Positions 54,416 to 61,944 of a stretch of DNA of 64,000 nucleotides are shown here, piece after piece (positions within the stretch are counted from its first letter, which is position 1; the number at the start of each line of letters is the position of its first letter). The position numbers and the translations under genes are program-made. The notes beneath the pieces are model-generated. The model did no database searches. It saw only the letters and a list, made by a program, of their open reading frames with translations, and was not told the origin of the DNA. Location of the stretch: contig CAVVVA010000003.1 of the NCBI GenBank assembly GCA_963751565.1, positions 7,836 through 71,835 of the forward strand. The letters run 5' to 3'. Source of the stretch: an uncultured Actinomycetes bacterium. GTDB lineage: Bacteria; Actinomycetota; Thermoleophilia; UBA2241.

Positions 54416-54712
54416 GTGCCCGCGTACCCTGAAGATCGCCGCTTCAACATTCACGCCACCCCCGAGATGATGGCCGGCGTCTATGCGAACTTCGCCAACG
54501 TCAGTCACTCCGACTACGAGTTCTCGCTCACCTTCATGCGGCTCGACCACGAGAACGAAAGCGACGAAGAGGTGAACGGCGTCGTGGTCTCGCGGGTCAA
54601 CATGTCGGCGCGTTTCATGAAGGAGCTGACCGAGGCGATGAACGACAACCTCGGCAAGTGGCAGGCCGGCGAGAACATCCGCAACCTGCCCGAGGCGCCC
54701 GACCACGGCTGA
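54416..54712 (+). CDS. DUF3467-like small protein
   Basis: GVYANFA.V.HS..EF.L.F and V.SRV.MS pattern; strong AAGGAGG. Confidence 0.7.
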   Translation: MPAYPEDRRFNIHATPEMMAGVYANFANVSHSDYEFSLTFMRLDHENESDEEVNGVVVSRVNMSARFMKELTEAMNDNLGKWQAGENIRNLPEAPDHG

Positions 54713-54800
54713 AAAGTCCGGCCGACACCGGCCCCGTTATTCTCGCGCAAAGAGAACGCATTCTCGAATGGGAGCGGGGGTTTTCGGCCGACCGAAGCGA

Positions 54801-54829
54801 TTGCCCGGACCAGTTCGCTTGGCTAGAAT
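54801..54829 (+). promoter_or_regulatory. Housekeeping sigma promoter for aor
   Basis: TTGCCC-N17-TAGAAT, flanked by short palindromes (GAGAA-CGCA-TTCTC upstream; GGTGCACC and AATCGATT downstream). Confidence 0.72.
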
Positions 54830-54924
54830 GGGGTGCACCAATCGATTCATCCGGGCCGCGCGGCACGCCATCCGGCGCGGCGCTCCCGCGAAGCGCGGGC
54901 ATGGCAACCTAGAGGGAGGGCGAT

Positions 54925-56703
54925 TTGGACTTCTACACGGGGAACGTGCTCAGGATCGACCTGAGTGCGGGTACCACTGAAGTCGAGCCGCTGAACATGG
55001 AGTGGGCGCGACTCTACGTCGGCGGCAAGGGTCTGATGCTGCGCTACTTGTGGGAGCTCACCGAGGCCGGCATGGACCCCTGGTCGCCCGAGAATCCGTT
55101 GATCGTCGCGCCGGGTCCGTTCGCCGGCACCAACGTCAGCACCTGCTCGCGCGTGGTCCTGGGTGGCAAGAGCCCGGCCAACGGCACCATCCTCGACAGC
55201 TACTGCGGCGGTTCGTTCGGCTCCACCCTCAAGTTCGCCGGCTACGACATGCTCATCGTCCAGGGCCGCGCGGCCGAGCTCACGGCCGTGCTTATCTCAG
55301 ACGGCGACGTGAGCCTGGTGCCGGCCGCCAAGTACGCAGGCATGCTGACGGCCGACATCGAAGCCGCGCTGCGCGCCGACTTCAACCCGCACATGACCTC
55401 GCTGTCGATCGGTCCCGCCGGTGAGCACAAGCTTCCCTGGGCCTGCGTGTCGAACGATCAGTATCACAAGGCCGGACGCGGCGGCACGGGCGCCCTGATG
55501 GGCTCCAAGAACTTGAAGGCGATCGCCGTGGCCGGCACCGGCCGCGTCGACGTCGGCGACGCCCGGGCGTTCCTCAAGGACATCGAACGCATCGACACCG
55601 ACTACATTCTCACCGACGCCAACTACTGGGTCCACGAAGAGGGCACCCCGATCCTCGTCGACGTCACCGACGGCGGCGGCTGCCAGCCCACCCGCAACTA
55701 CGCCGAAGGCACCTTCGAGGGAGCCGGCAAGATCAACTCGGAGTCGTTCCAGAAGATCCGCGTCAAGAAGCGCGCCTGCTACCAGTGCACGCTCGCCTGC
55801 CGCAACTTCCACCGCATCAACGACGTCGAGGGCGAAGGTCCCGAGTACGAGACGATCGCACTCTGCGGCTCCAACTGCGGGGTCGACGACATCGCCGCCC
55901 TCATGGAGTTCAATCACCTCTGCGACGAGTTCGGCCTCGACACCATCTCCACGGGCAACGTGCTCGCTCTGGCGATGGACATGACCGAGAAGGGCATCCA
56001 CGACTTCGGCGTGCGCTTCGGCGACGTCGACTCGTACCTCAAGATCCCCGAGCAGCTCGCCCTGCGCACCGGCATCGGCGCCGAGCTGGCCCTGGGCACG
56101 CGCGCCCTGGCCGCGAAGTACGGCCACCCCGAGCTCGGCATGCAGGTCAAAGGCCTCGAGGCGCCCGGCTACGACCCACGAGGCTCGTTCGGCATGAGCA
56201 TCGCCTACGCCACCTCCGACCGCGGCGCGTGCCACATGCGTTCGTTCCCGGTCGGCGTCGAGGTCGTCGAAGGCACCATGCCGGCCGACACGCTCGACGA
56301 AAGCAAGGCCACGTTCAACATCGACTTCCAGAACCACTACGCCTTCAAGTTCTGCGGCATCTGGTGCGACTTCTGGGCGATCGACTACGAGCAGATGGGC
56401 CTGCTCATGAAACACCTCTGGAAGCGTGAGGTCTCCGAAGCCGAGCTCACGCAGGTCGGCGAGCGCGTCTGGAACCTGGGACGCCTCTTCAACCTGCGCG
56501 AGGGGTACAGCCGGGCCGACGACAACGTGCCCGAAGCCTGGCTCGAGAAGCCGTTCACCAAGGGCGTCTCGGCCGGCAAGACGATCGGCACCGCGCGGTT
56601 CAACGAGGTCCTGTCCCAGTACTACGCCCTGCGTGGCTGGGACGAGAACGGTGTCCCTACCGAGGCCAAGCTCACCGAGCTCGGCATCGACGTGCGGCTC
56701 TAG
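54925..56703 (+). CDS. aor: Tungsten-type aldehyde:ferredoxin oxidoreductase
   Basis: LRIDLS, KSP, LKFAGYD, IGPAGE, AGRGG.GA.MGSKNLKAI, C..C..AC, GPEYET, GLDTISTG, DRGACH, YY..RGWD..GVP. Confidence 0.95.
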   Translation: MDFYTGNVLRIDLSAGTTEVEPLNMEWARLYVGGKGLMLRYLWELTEAGMDPWSPENPLIVAPGPFAGTNVSTCSRVVLGGKSPANGTILDSYCGGSFGSTLKFAGYDMLIVQGRAAELTAVLISDGDVSLVPAAKYAGMLTADIEAALRADFNPHMTSLSIGPAGEHKLPWACVSNDQYHKAGRGGTGALMGSKNLKAIAVAGTGRVDVGDARAFLKDIERIDTDYILTDANYWVHEEGTPILVDVTDGGGCQPTRNYAEGTFEGAGKINSESFQKIRVKKRACYQCTLACRNFHRINDVEGEGPEYETIALCGSNCGVDDIAALMEFNHLCDEFGLDTISTGNVLALAMDMTEKGIHDFGVRFGDVDSYLKIPEQLALRTGIGAELALGTRALAAKYGHPELGMQVKGLEAPGYDPRGSFGMSIAYATSDRGACHMRSFPVGVEVVEGTMPADTLDESKATFNIDFQNHYAFKFCGIWCDFWAIDYEQMGLLMKHLWKREVSEAELTQVGERVWNLGRLFNLREGYSRADDNVPEAWLEKPFTKGVSAGKTIGTARFNEVLSQYYALRGWDENGVPTEAKLTELGIDVRL

Positions 56704-56735
56704 CGGCTGACACGCGGCCAGAAAGGGAAACTCAC

Positions 56736-57239
56736 ATGCCCCACGTGATGATCAGCAGCAAGAAGTGCACCGGCTGCCACATGTGCGAACTCGGCTGTTC
56801 GGCGTGGCACGAAGGCGGCTTTCAACCGTCGCGCGCTCGCCTGTTCGCCGACGTCAACCCGACCACGGCGGTGATCAAGGGCCACACCTGCCTGCAGACC
56901 GGCTGCGCCAAGTGCCAGGAGGCCTGCCCCAACGACGCCATCGTGACGCGCCAGATCACGGTCACGCCCGCCGGTGTGTTCCCGAGCAAGGAGAAGGTCG
57001 GCGAGTCGGTCACCGGCGTCGTGCTCGTCGTCGACGAAGAGCTGTGCACCAACTGCGGCGACTGCTACGACGTCTGCCCGTACGGCGTGATCCACGAGCA
57101 TCCCGAGCGCAAGGTGGCCTTCAAGTGCGACCTGTGCGACGGCGACCCGCAGTGCATCGCCTTCTGTCAGAATCAGTACGTCCTGGCGGTCGACCTCAAG
57201 GTCGACAAGGCCGACAAGGCGCTGACGGCGAAGGCCTGA
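56736..57239 (+). CDS. 4Fe-4S dicluster electron-transfer subunit (AOR partner)
   Basis: CTGCHMCELGC, CLQ..C..C..ACP, CTNCGDCYDVCP, KCDLC.GDPQC...C. Confidence 0.92.
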   Translation: MPHVMISSKKCTGCHMCELGCSAWHEGGFQPSRARLFADVNPTTAVIKGHTCLQTGCAKCQEACPNDAIVTRQITVTPAGVFPSKEKVGESVTGVVLVVDEELCTNCGDCYDVCPYGVIHEHPERKVAFKCDLCDGDPQCIAFCQNQYVLAVDLKVDKADKALTAKA

Positions 57240-57388
57240 CCAACCCTGTGCGCCGAGCGAAGGGGGGGCGGCAGACGCCGCTCCGCCTTCGCCTGCCGGT
57301 CGGCTTCACCTCGTTTCTCATATGTCCGTGGCGGATCGGCCCACTTCCTCAAAGGAACCCTCCCTCTCTGCTCTGGTACCATGTGAAG

Positions 57389-58081
57389 GTGATGATTCGC
57401 CGCCTCCCGCCCGAAGCCCTTCCCGCGTTCGTGGCCGTCGTCGAAGGCCGTCACAGCGTGCGCCGCTTTACGAGCGACCCTGTGCCGCGCGGCGAGGTGC
57501 GCGAGATGGTGCGTCTGGCCACCCTGGCGGCCAACGCCGGCAACGCCCAGCCCTGGCGCTTCGTGGCGGTCGACGACGTCCGGCTGCTCGCCGACCTGCG
57601 GCGCGCCGTCGACGAGCGCATCGACGAGATCGCGCGCTGGCCCGAGGTCGAGGCGGCCGGTCTCGCGGGCGAGACCGGCCGCCTGCACGGCTACTCCAGC
57701 TTCTTCGCCGACGCGCCGCTTTCGATCGCCGTCTGCGCGCTGCCCTACGAGTCGCTCGCCGACCGGCTGCTCGCGCTGCGGGGCGTGTCGCTCGAGGAGC
57801 ACGACCGGCTGCGCGCGCGGCCCGACCTGCAGAGCGTCGGCGCCGCCGTGCAGCTGCTCATCACCGCGGCCCACGCCATGGGCTACGGCGCCTGCTGGCT
57901 GAGCGCGCCGGTGATCGCCGCGCCCCGGCTCGAAGAGCTGCTCGGCATCGAAGAGCCGGCGCACCTGGTGGCGATCGTCGCCGTCGGCGTTCCGGCAAGC
58001 CCTCCGCGGGGCACCGGGCGGCAGCCGCTCGACGAGATCCTGCGATTCGTGCCCGGCGACCCCGTCGCCGGAGAGCCCTGA
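57389..58081 (+). CDS. Nitroreductase family flavoprotein, first gene of the pyl operon
   Basis: RHSVRRF, A..AGNAQPWRFV, QSVGAAVQ.L..AAHAMGYGACW. Extended -10 TGGTACCAT ends 6 nt before the GTG; 3-nt gap to pylB. Confidence 0.9.
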   Translation: MMIRRLPPEALPAFVAVVEGRHSVRRFTSDPVPRGEVREMVRLATLAANAGNAQPWRFVAVDDVRLLADLRRAVDERIDEIARWPEVEAAGLAGETGRLHGYSSFFADAPLSIAVCALPYESLADRLLALRGVSLEEHDRLRARPDLQSVGAAVQLLITAAHAMGYGACWLSAPVIAAPRLEELLGIEEPAHLVAIVAVGVPASPPRGTGRQPLDEILRFVPGDPVAGEP

Positions 58082-58084
58082 CCG

Positions 58085-59164
58085 GTGAACCCCGCGCCGC
58101 ACAGCATCGCGACCATCGTGGAGCAGGCTCTGGCCGGGCGTCCGCCATCGCTCGGCGAGATCCGCGCGCTGCTTGCCATCGAGCGGCGCGACGAGGCCGC
58201 TCTGCTGTTCGACGCCGCCTCCGAGCTGCGCCGCCGGCGGTTCGGCGACGCCGTGTTCCTCTACGGCTTCGTCTACTTCTCGACCTGGTGTCGCAACGAC
58301 TGCACGTTCTGCCTGTACCGCCGGGCCAATCCGCAGAGCCCGCGCTACCGCAAGTCGCTCGACGAGGTCGTCGACATAGCGAGCGGCCTCGCCGCCTCGG
58401 GCGTGCACCTGATCGATCTGACCATGGGCGAGGACCCGCTCTACTTCGCCCGCGGCGAGTTCGACGGGCTCGTCGCGCTCGTGCGGGCCGTCAAGCAGGC
58501 GACGGGTCTGCCGGTGATGATCTCGCCCGGCGTGGTGTCGGCTCAGGTGCTCGAGGCGCTGCGCGACGCCGGCGCCGAGTGGTATGCCTGCTACCAGGAG
58601 ACGCACGCGCCCGACAGGTATGCCGGGCTGCGCATGGGGCAGAGTTTCGCGGAGCGCGCCGCGGCGCGCAGCGCCGCGGCGCGCCTCGGCATGCTGGTGG
58701 AGGACGGCATGCTGCTCGGCGTGGGGGAGACCCTCGACGAGCGCGCGCTGACCGTGGCGGCCATGCGCGACGAGCCGGTCGAGCAGGTCCGGGTGATGAC
58801 CTTCGTGCCGCAACGCGGCACGCCGCTCGCCGACCTGCCGCCTGCCGACCGCCTGGGCGAGCTCGTCACGATCGCCACCATGCGTCTCGCCATGCCCGAA
58901 CGGCTGATCCCGGCCTCGCTCGACGTCGACGGCATCGCCGGCCTCGAGCCGCGCATCGCGGCCGGCGCCAACGTCGTCACGTCGCTCGTGCCGCCCTCGC
59001 TCGGGCTGGCCGGCGTGTCGCAGTCCGAGCTCGACATAGACGAGGGACTGCGCACCGCGGCCGAGGTGACCACCAGGCTGTCGACGATGGGGCTGCGCGC
59101 CGCGACCGCCGCCGAGTACTCGGCCTGGGTCACGGCCGCCCGGGCGGAACCGGCGCCGGCGTGA
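58085..59164 (+). CDS. pylB: Methylornithine synthase PylB (radical SAM)
   Basis: VFLYGFVYFSTWCRNDCTFC (CxxxCxxC), HLIDLTMGEDP, WYACYQETH, QVRVMTFVPQ.GTP, LIPASLDVDG, GANVVTS..PP..GLAGV. Confidence 0.95.
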   Translation: MNPAPHSIATIVEQALAGRPPSLGEIRALLAIERRDEAALLFDAASELRRRRFGDAVFLYGFVYFSTWCRNDCTFCLYRRANPQSPRYRKSLDEVVDIASGLAASGVHLIDLTMGEDPLYFARGEFDGLVALVRAVKQATGLPVMISPGVVSAQVLEALRDAGAEWYACYQETHAPDRYAGLRMGQSFAERAAARSAAARLGMLVEDGMLLGVGETLDERALTVAAMRDEPVEQVRVMTFVPQRGTPLADLPPADRLGELVTIATMRLAMPERLIPASLDVDGIAGLEPRIAAGANVVTSLVPPSLGLAGVSQSELDIDEGLRTAAEVTTRLSTMGLRAATAAEYSAWVTAARAEPAPA

Positions 59165-59168
59165 CGCC

Positions 59169-61292
59169 ATGAGGCTGGCCGTCGTCGGGGGCAAGCTGCA
59201 AGGCACCGAGGCCGCCTACCTGGCCGGCGAGGCCGGCTACGAAGTCGTCCTGATCGACCGGCGGCCCGACCGCCCGGCGGCCGGCCTGGCCGCCGAGGTC
59301 CACGTGTTCGACGTCACCACCGACCCGGCGCGCGCCCGCGAGGTGCTCATGACCTGCGACGCCGTCCTGCCGGCCTGCGAGGACCAGCGCGCGCTCGAGT
59401 TCCTGACCGCGTTCGTGCCCAGGATGGGCCTGCCGCTGCTCTTCGACCTCGACGCCTACGCGGTGACTTCGTCGAAACTGCGTTCGAACGCGCTGTTCGA
59501 GCGGCTCGACGTGCCGCGCCCGCTGCCCTGGCCGCGCTGCGGCTTTCCGGCGGTGGTCAAGCCGAGCGTCGGCAGCGGCAGCGCGGGCGTGCGGCTCGTG
59601 TCGTCCGAGCCCGGCCTTGCCCTGGCGCGCGCCGCGCTTGCCGCCCAGGGCGCCCAGGCCGTGGTCGAGGAGTTCGTCGCCGGGCCGTCGCTGTCGGTCG
59701 AGGTGATCGCTCTCGGCGGCGAGGTGCTGACGTTGCTGCCGACCTGGCTCGAGTTCGACGCCGCCTACGACTGCAAGCGCGTGGTCGCGCCGGTCGACGG
59801 AGCTGAGGGCGCGACGGTGAACGGAGCTGAGGGCGAGGCGGCTGGCCGAGCCGGAGCCGGCGGACTGACGGCGAGCCCCGGCCGCTCAGCGCCGCCCACG
59901 GCGGTGAACGTCGCGACGCTGGCGGCGCTCGACGCGGCCGCCCGGCGCCTGGCCGAGGGCGTCGCGCTCGCCGGGGTGATGGACGTCGAGGTGATGGTCT
60001 CGGCCGACGGCACGCCCAAGGTGATCGAGATCGACGCGCGGCTGCCGAGCCAGACACCCGCCGCCGTGTTCCACGCAAGCGACGTGAACATCGTCGCGCT
60101 GCTCGCCGAGACGTTCGCCGGCGGCAGCCCGCCGGCCGTCGCCGCCGGGGCCCGGCGCGGCGCGGTGTACGAGCACGTGCTGGTCGAGGACGGCAGGGTC
60201 GAGGTGCTCGGCGAGCACATCGTCGGCGCGGCGGGTCCGCTGCGGCGCTGCGACGGCCTGTTCGGCGCCGACGTGGTGCTCACCGATCGTCCCGAGTCCG
60301 GCGCCTCGCGGGAGCGCTGGGTCGCGGTGCTCATGACGCGCGGCGCGACGGCGGCGGCGGCCCGCTCGCGGGCCGCCGCCGCCGTCGCACGCCTCGCCGA
60401 CGAGCACGGTCTCGAGCTCGTGCCCGAGTCGGAGCCCGGGCTCGCGTCCGATCGCCAGCCGGGGCGCGCCGTGACGCGTCTCGTCGAAAGCGACGTGCGC
60501 GCCCTGACCGCGCAGCTCGACGAGGTCGAGCGGGCGCTCGTGGCGCTCACGGGCTGCGACTTCGTGGCGCTGGCGGCCAGGGCCTGCGGCGTGGGCGAGG
60601 GCGTCGCGCGCGACGCCCTCGCCCACGCCGCCGTCGCCGTCGTGCCGATCACCAGCGGTGAAGGTCTCATCCCGGGCTTCGTCGACTGCGTGGCGGCGAT
60701 CTGCGGCCGCCTCGGCTGCCGGGCGGCGCGCGTGACCGGCGCCACCGACGTCGCCGGGTTCGCCGAAGCGCTTCTCGGCGGTGACGACCTCGTCTTTGCC
60801 GCCGACGACCGCACGTTCCTGGCTTTCGAGCTCGCCCGTCACGCGGTGGCCGACGACGATCCCTGCACCGCGCACGCCTACGTGGCGGCGCTCGACGCCG
60901 CCGCGGGCAATGGCGGCGTCGCCGGCAAGCCGGTCCTGGTCATCGGCCTCGGTCCGGTCGGCCGGGCGGCGGCGGCGCGCCTGGTCGAGCTGGGCGCCAC
61001 GGTGCTCGTTTGCGAGCTCGACGAGGCGCGGCTCGCCGCGGTCGCGGGCGCGCTGCCGGTCACGCCCGTCGCCTTGGCCGACGGCCTCTCGCGCTGCCGG
61101 CTCGTGCTCGACGCCACGCCGGCGCCCGATCTCATCGACGCCGGCTGGGTCGGCTCCGACGGCGTCGTCTGCTCTCCCGGCCTGCCGCCCGGCGTCACGG
61201 CGGCGGCCGCCCGGGCGCTGGGCGAGCGGCTCGTGCACGAGCCGCTCGCCCTCGGCGTCGCCGTCATGGCCGTGCGCGCCCTGCTCGGCTGA
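59169..61292 (+). CDS. pylC: PylC (3-methylornithine--L-lysine ligase, ATP-grasp) continuing in frame into PylD
   Basis: VVGGKLQGTEAAYLA, D..AY..TSSKL.S, KP..GSGS, GPSLSVEV, YDCKRV, IEIDARLPSQTP, GEHI; no in-frame stop before the PylD region. Confidence 0.92.
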   Translation: MRLAVVGGKLQGTEAAYLAGEAGYEVVLIDRRPDRPAAGLAAEVHVFDVTTDPARAREVLMTCDAVLPACEDQRALEFLTAFVPRMGLPLLFDLDAYAVTSSKLRSNALFERLDVPRPLPWPRCGFPAVVKPSVGSGSAGVRLVSSEPGLALARAALAAQGAQAVVEEFVAGPSLSVEVIALGGEVLTLLPTWLEFDAAYDCKRVVAPVDGAEGATVNGAEGEAAGRAGAGGLTASPGRSAPPTAVNVATLAALDAAARRLAEGVALAGVMDVEVMVSADGTPKVIEIDARLPSQTPAAVFHASDVNIVALLAETFAGGSPPAVAAGARRGAVYEHVLVEDGRVEVLGEHIVGAAGPLRRCDGLFGADVVLTDRPESGASRERWVAVLMTRGATAAAARSRAAAAVARLADEHGLELVPESEPGLASDRQPGRAVTRLVESDVRALTAQLDEVERALVALTGCDFVALAARACGVGEGVARDALAHAAVAVVPITSGEGLIPGFVDCVAAICGRLGCRAARVTGATDVAGFAEALLGGDDLVFAADDRTFLAFELARHAVADDDPCTAHAYVAALDAAAGNGGVAGKPVLVIGLGPVGRAAAARLVELGATVLVCELDEARLAAVAGALPVTPVALADGLSRCRLVLDATPAPDLIDAGWVGSDGVVCSPGLPPGVTAAAARALGERLVHEPLALGVAVMAVRALLG
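60471..61292 (+). CDS. pylD: PylD (3-methylornithyl-N6-L-lysine dehydrogenase), either the C-terminal domain of a fusion or a separate gene from GTG 60471
   Basis: (M)TRL...D N-terminus, VVPITSGEGLI.GF, DVAGF, ADD..F, VIGLGPVG, DATP, PG.P.G, HEPL.LGVAVM. Confidence 0.9.
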   Translation: MTRLVESDVRALTAQLDEVERALVALTGCDFVALAARACGVGEGVARDALAHAAVAVVPITSGEGLIPGFVDCVAAICGRLGCRAARVTGATDVAGFAEALLGGDDLVFAADDRTFLAFELARHAVADDDPCTAHAYVAALDAAAGNGGVAGKPVLVIGLGPVGRAAAARLVELGATVLVCELDEARLAAVAGALPVTPVALADGLSRCRLVLDATPAPDLIDAGWVGSDGVVCSPGLPPGVTAAAARALGERLVHEPLALGVAVMAVRALLG

Positions 61293-61392
61293 TCCGCCTC
61301 AGCTTCTGCCGCCGTTGGCCGGTGCTAGGCTTTCGTCCCTGGCGCACCGGTGCGGCTGGTCCTGAAGTGTGTCTTCCGAGGAGGGCGGGCGT

Positions 61393-61686
61393 ATGGTGAC
61401 CTACATCCTGCTGATGAACCTCACCGACAAGGGCATCGTCGACGTGAAGAACTCGCCGAACCGCGTCGCCGACGCCATGAAGCTCTGGGAGTCGATGGGC
61501 GGCAAGACGATCGGCGTGTACATGACCATGGGCGAGTACGACTTCGTGGCCATCGGCGAAGGCCCCGACGATCAGGCGGCGGCGGCATTCGGGCTCGCGC
61601 TGGGCGCCACCGGCACGGTCCGCACGACGTCACTCAAGGCTTTCAGCGTTGAGGAGGCCAAGCGGATCGTCGCGTCTCTGCCGTAG
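61393..61686 (+). CDS. GYD domain protein
   Basis: Y..L.N.T.KG, P.R, GGK, Y.TMGEYDFV, G.VRT.SL.AF. GAGGAGGG upstream. Confidence 0.88.
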   Translation: MVTYILLMNLTDKGIVDVKNSPNRVADAMKLWESMGGKTIGVYMTMGEYDFVAIGEGPDDQAAAAFGLALGATGTVRTTSLKAFSVEEAKRIVASLP

Positions 61687-61744
61687 GCCGCCGCCATCGC
61701 AGCCTGACAACCCCGCGGCCGGTGCGCCACGCCCCGCGGACGCT

Positions 61745-61773
61745 TTGCCGCTCGCGCTCAGATGCGCTAGCCT
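61745..61773 (+). promoter_or_regulatory. Promoter for pylT
   Basis: TTGCCG-N17-TAGCCT, ending 12 nt before the tRNA 5' end. Confidence 0.65.
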
Positions 61774-61785
61774 TGGGACCGGCGC

Positions 61786-61858
61786 GGGGGGTCGATCGGA
61801 AGGATCAGCGCGGACTCTAAATCCGCGTAGAGGGGTGTAACTCCCCTACTCCCCGCCA
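61786..61858 (+). tRNA. pylT: tRNA-Pyl (anticodon CUA, amber decoding)
   Basis: Acceptor GGGGGGT/ACTCCCC, G discriminator and CCA; 1-nt spacer; D arm GATC-GGAAG-GATC; 6-bp anticodon stem CGCGGA/TCCGCG with loop CTCTAAA; 3-nt variable loop; T arm AGGGG-TGTAACT-CCCCT lacking TTC. Confidence 0.96.
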
Positions 61859-61944
61859 GCACTCCCGGCCGCCACCCTTCTCCGCCGCAACCCTTCTCCG
61901 CCACCCCCCGCCACGAAGAGCAGCCGGCAGGGCGGGCGCCGTCT

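Noticed and set aside
54380-54418. In-frame amber junction between the dehydrogenase and the DUF3467-like gene
   Set aside because: The downstream gene has a strong AAGGAGG site of its own, and being in frame is expected one time in three.
61393-61686. Small ORF after pylD as pylSn
   Set aside because: It has GYD-family motifs and no resemblance to the PylRS N-terminal domain.
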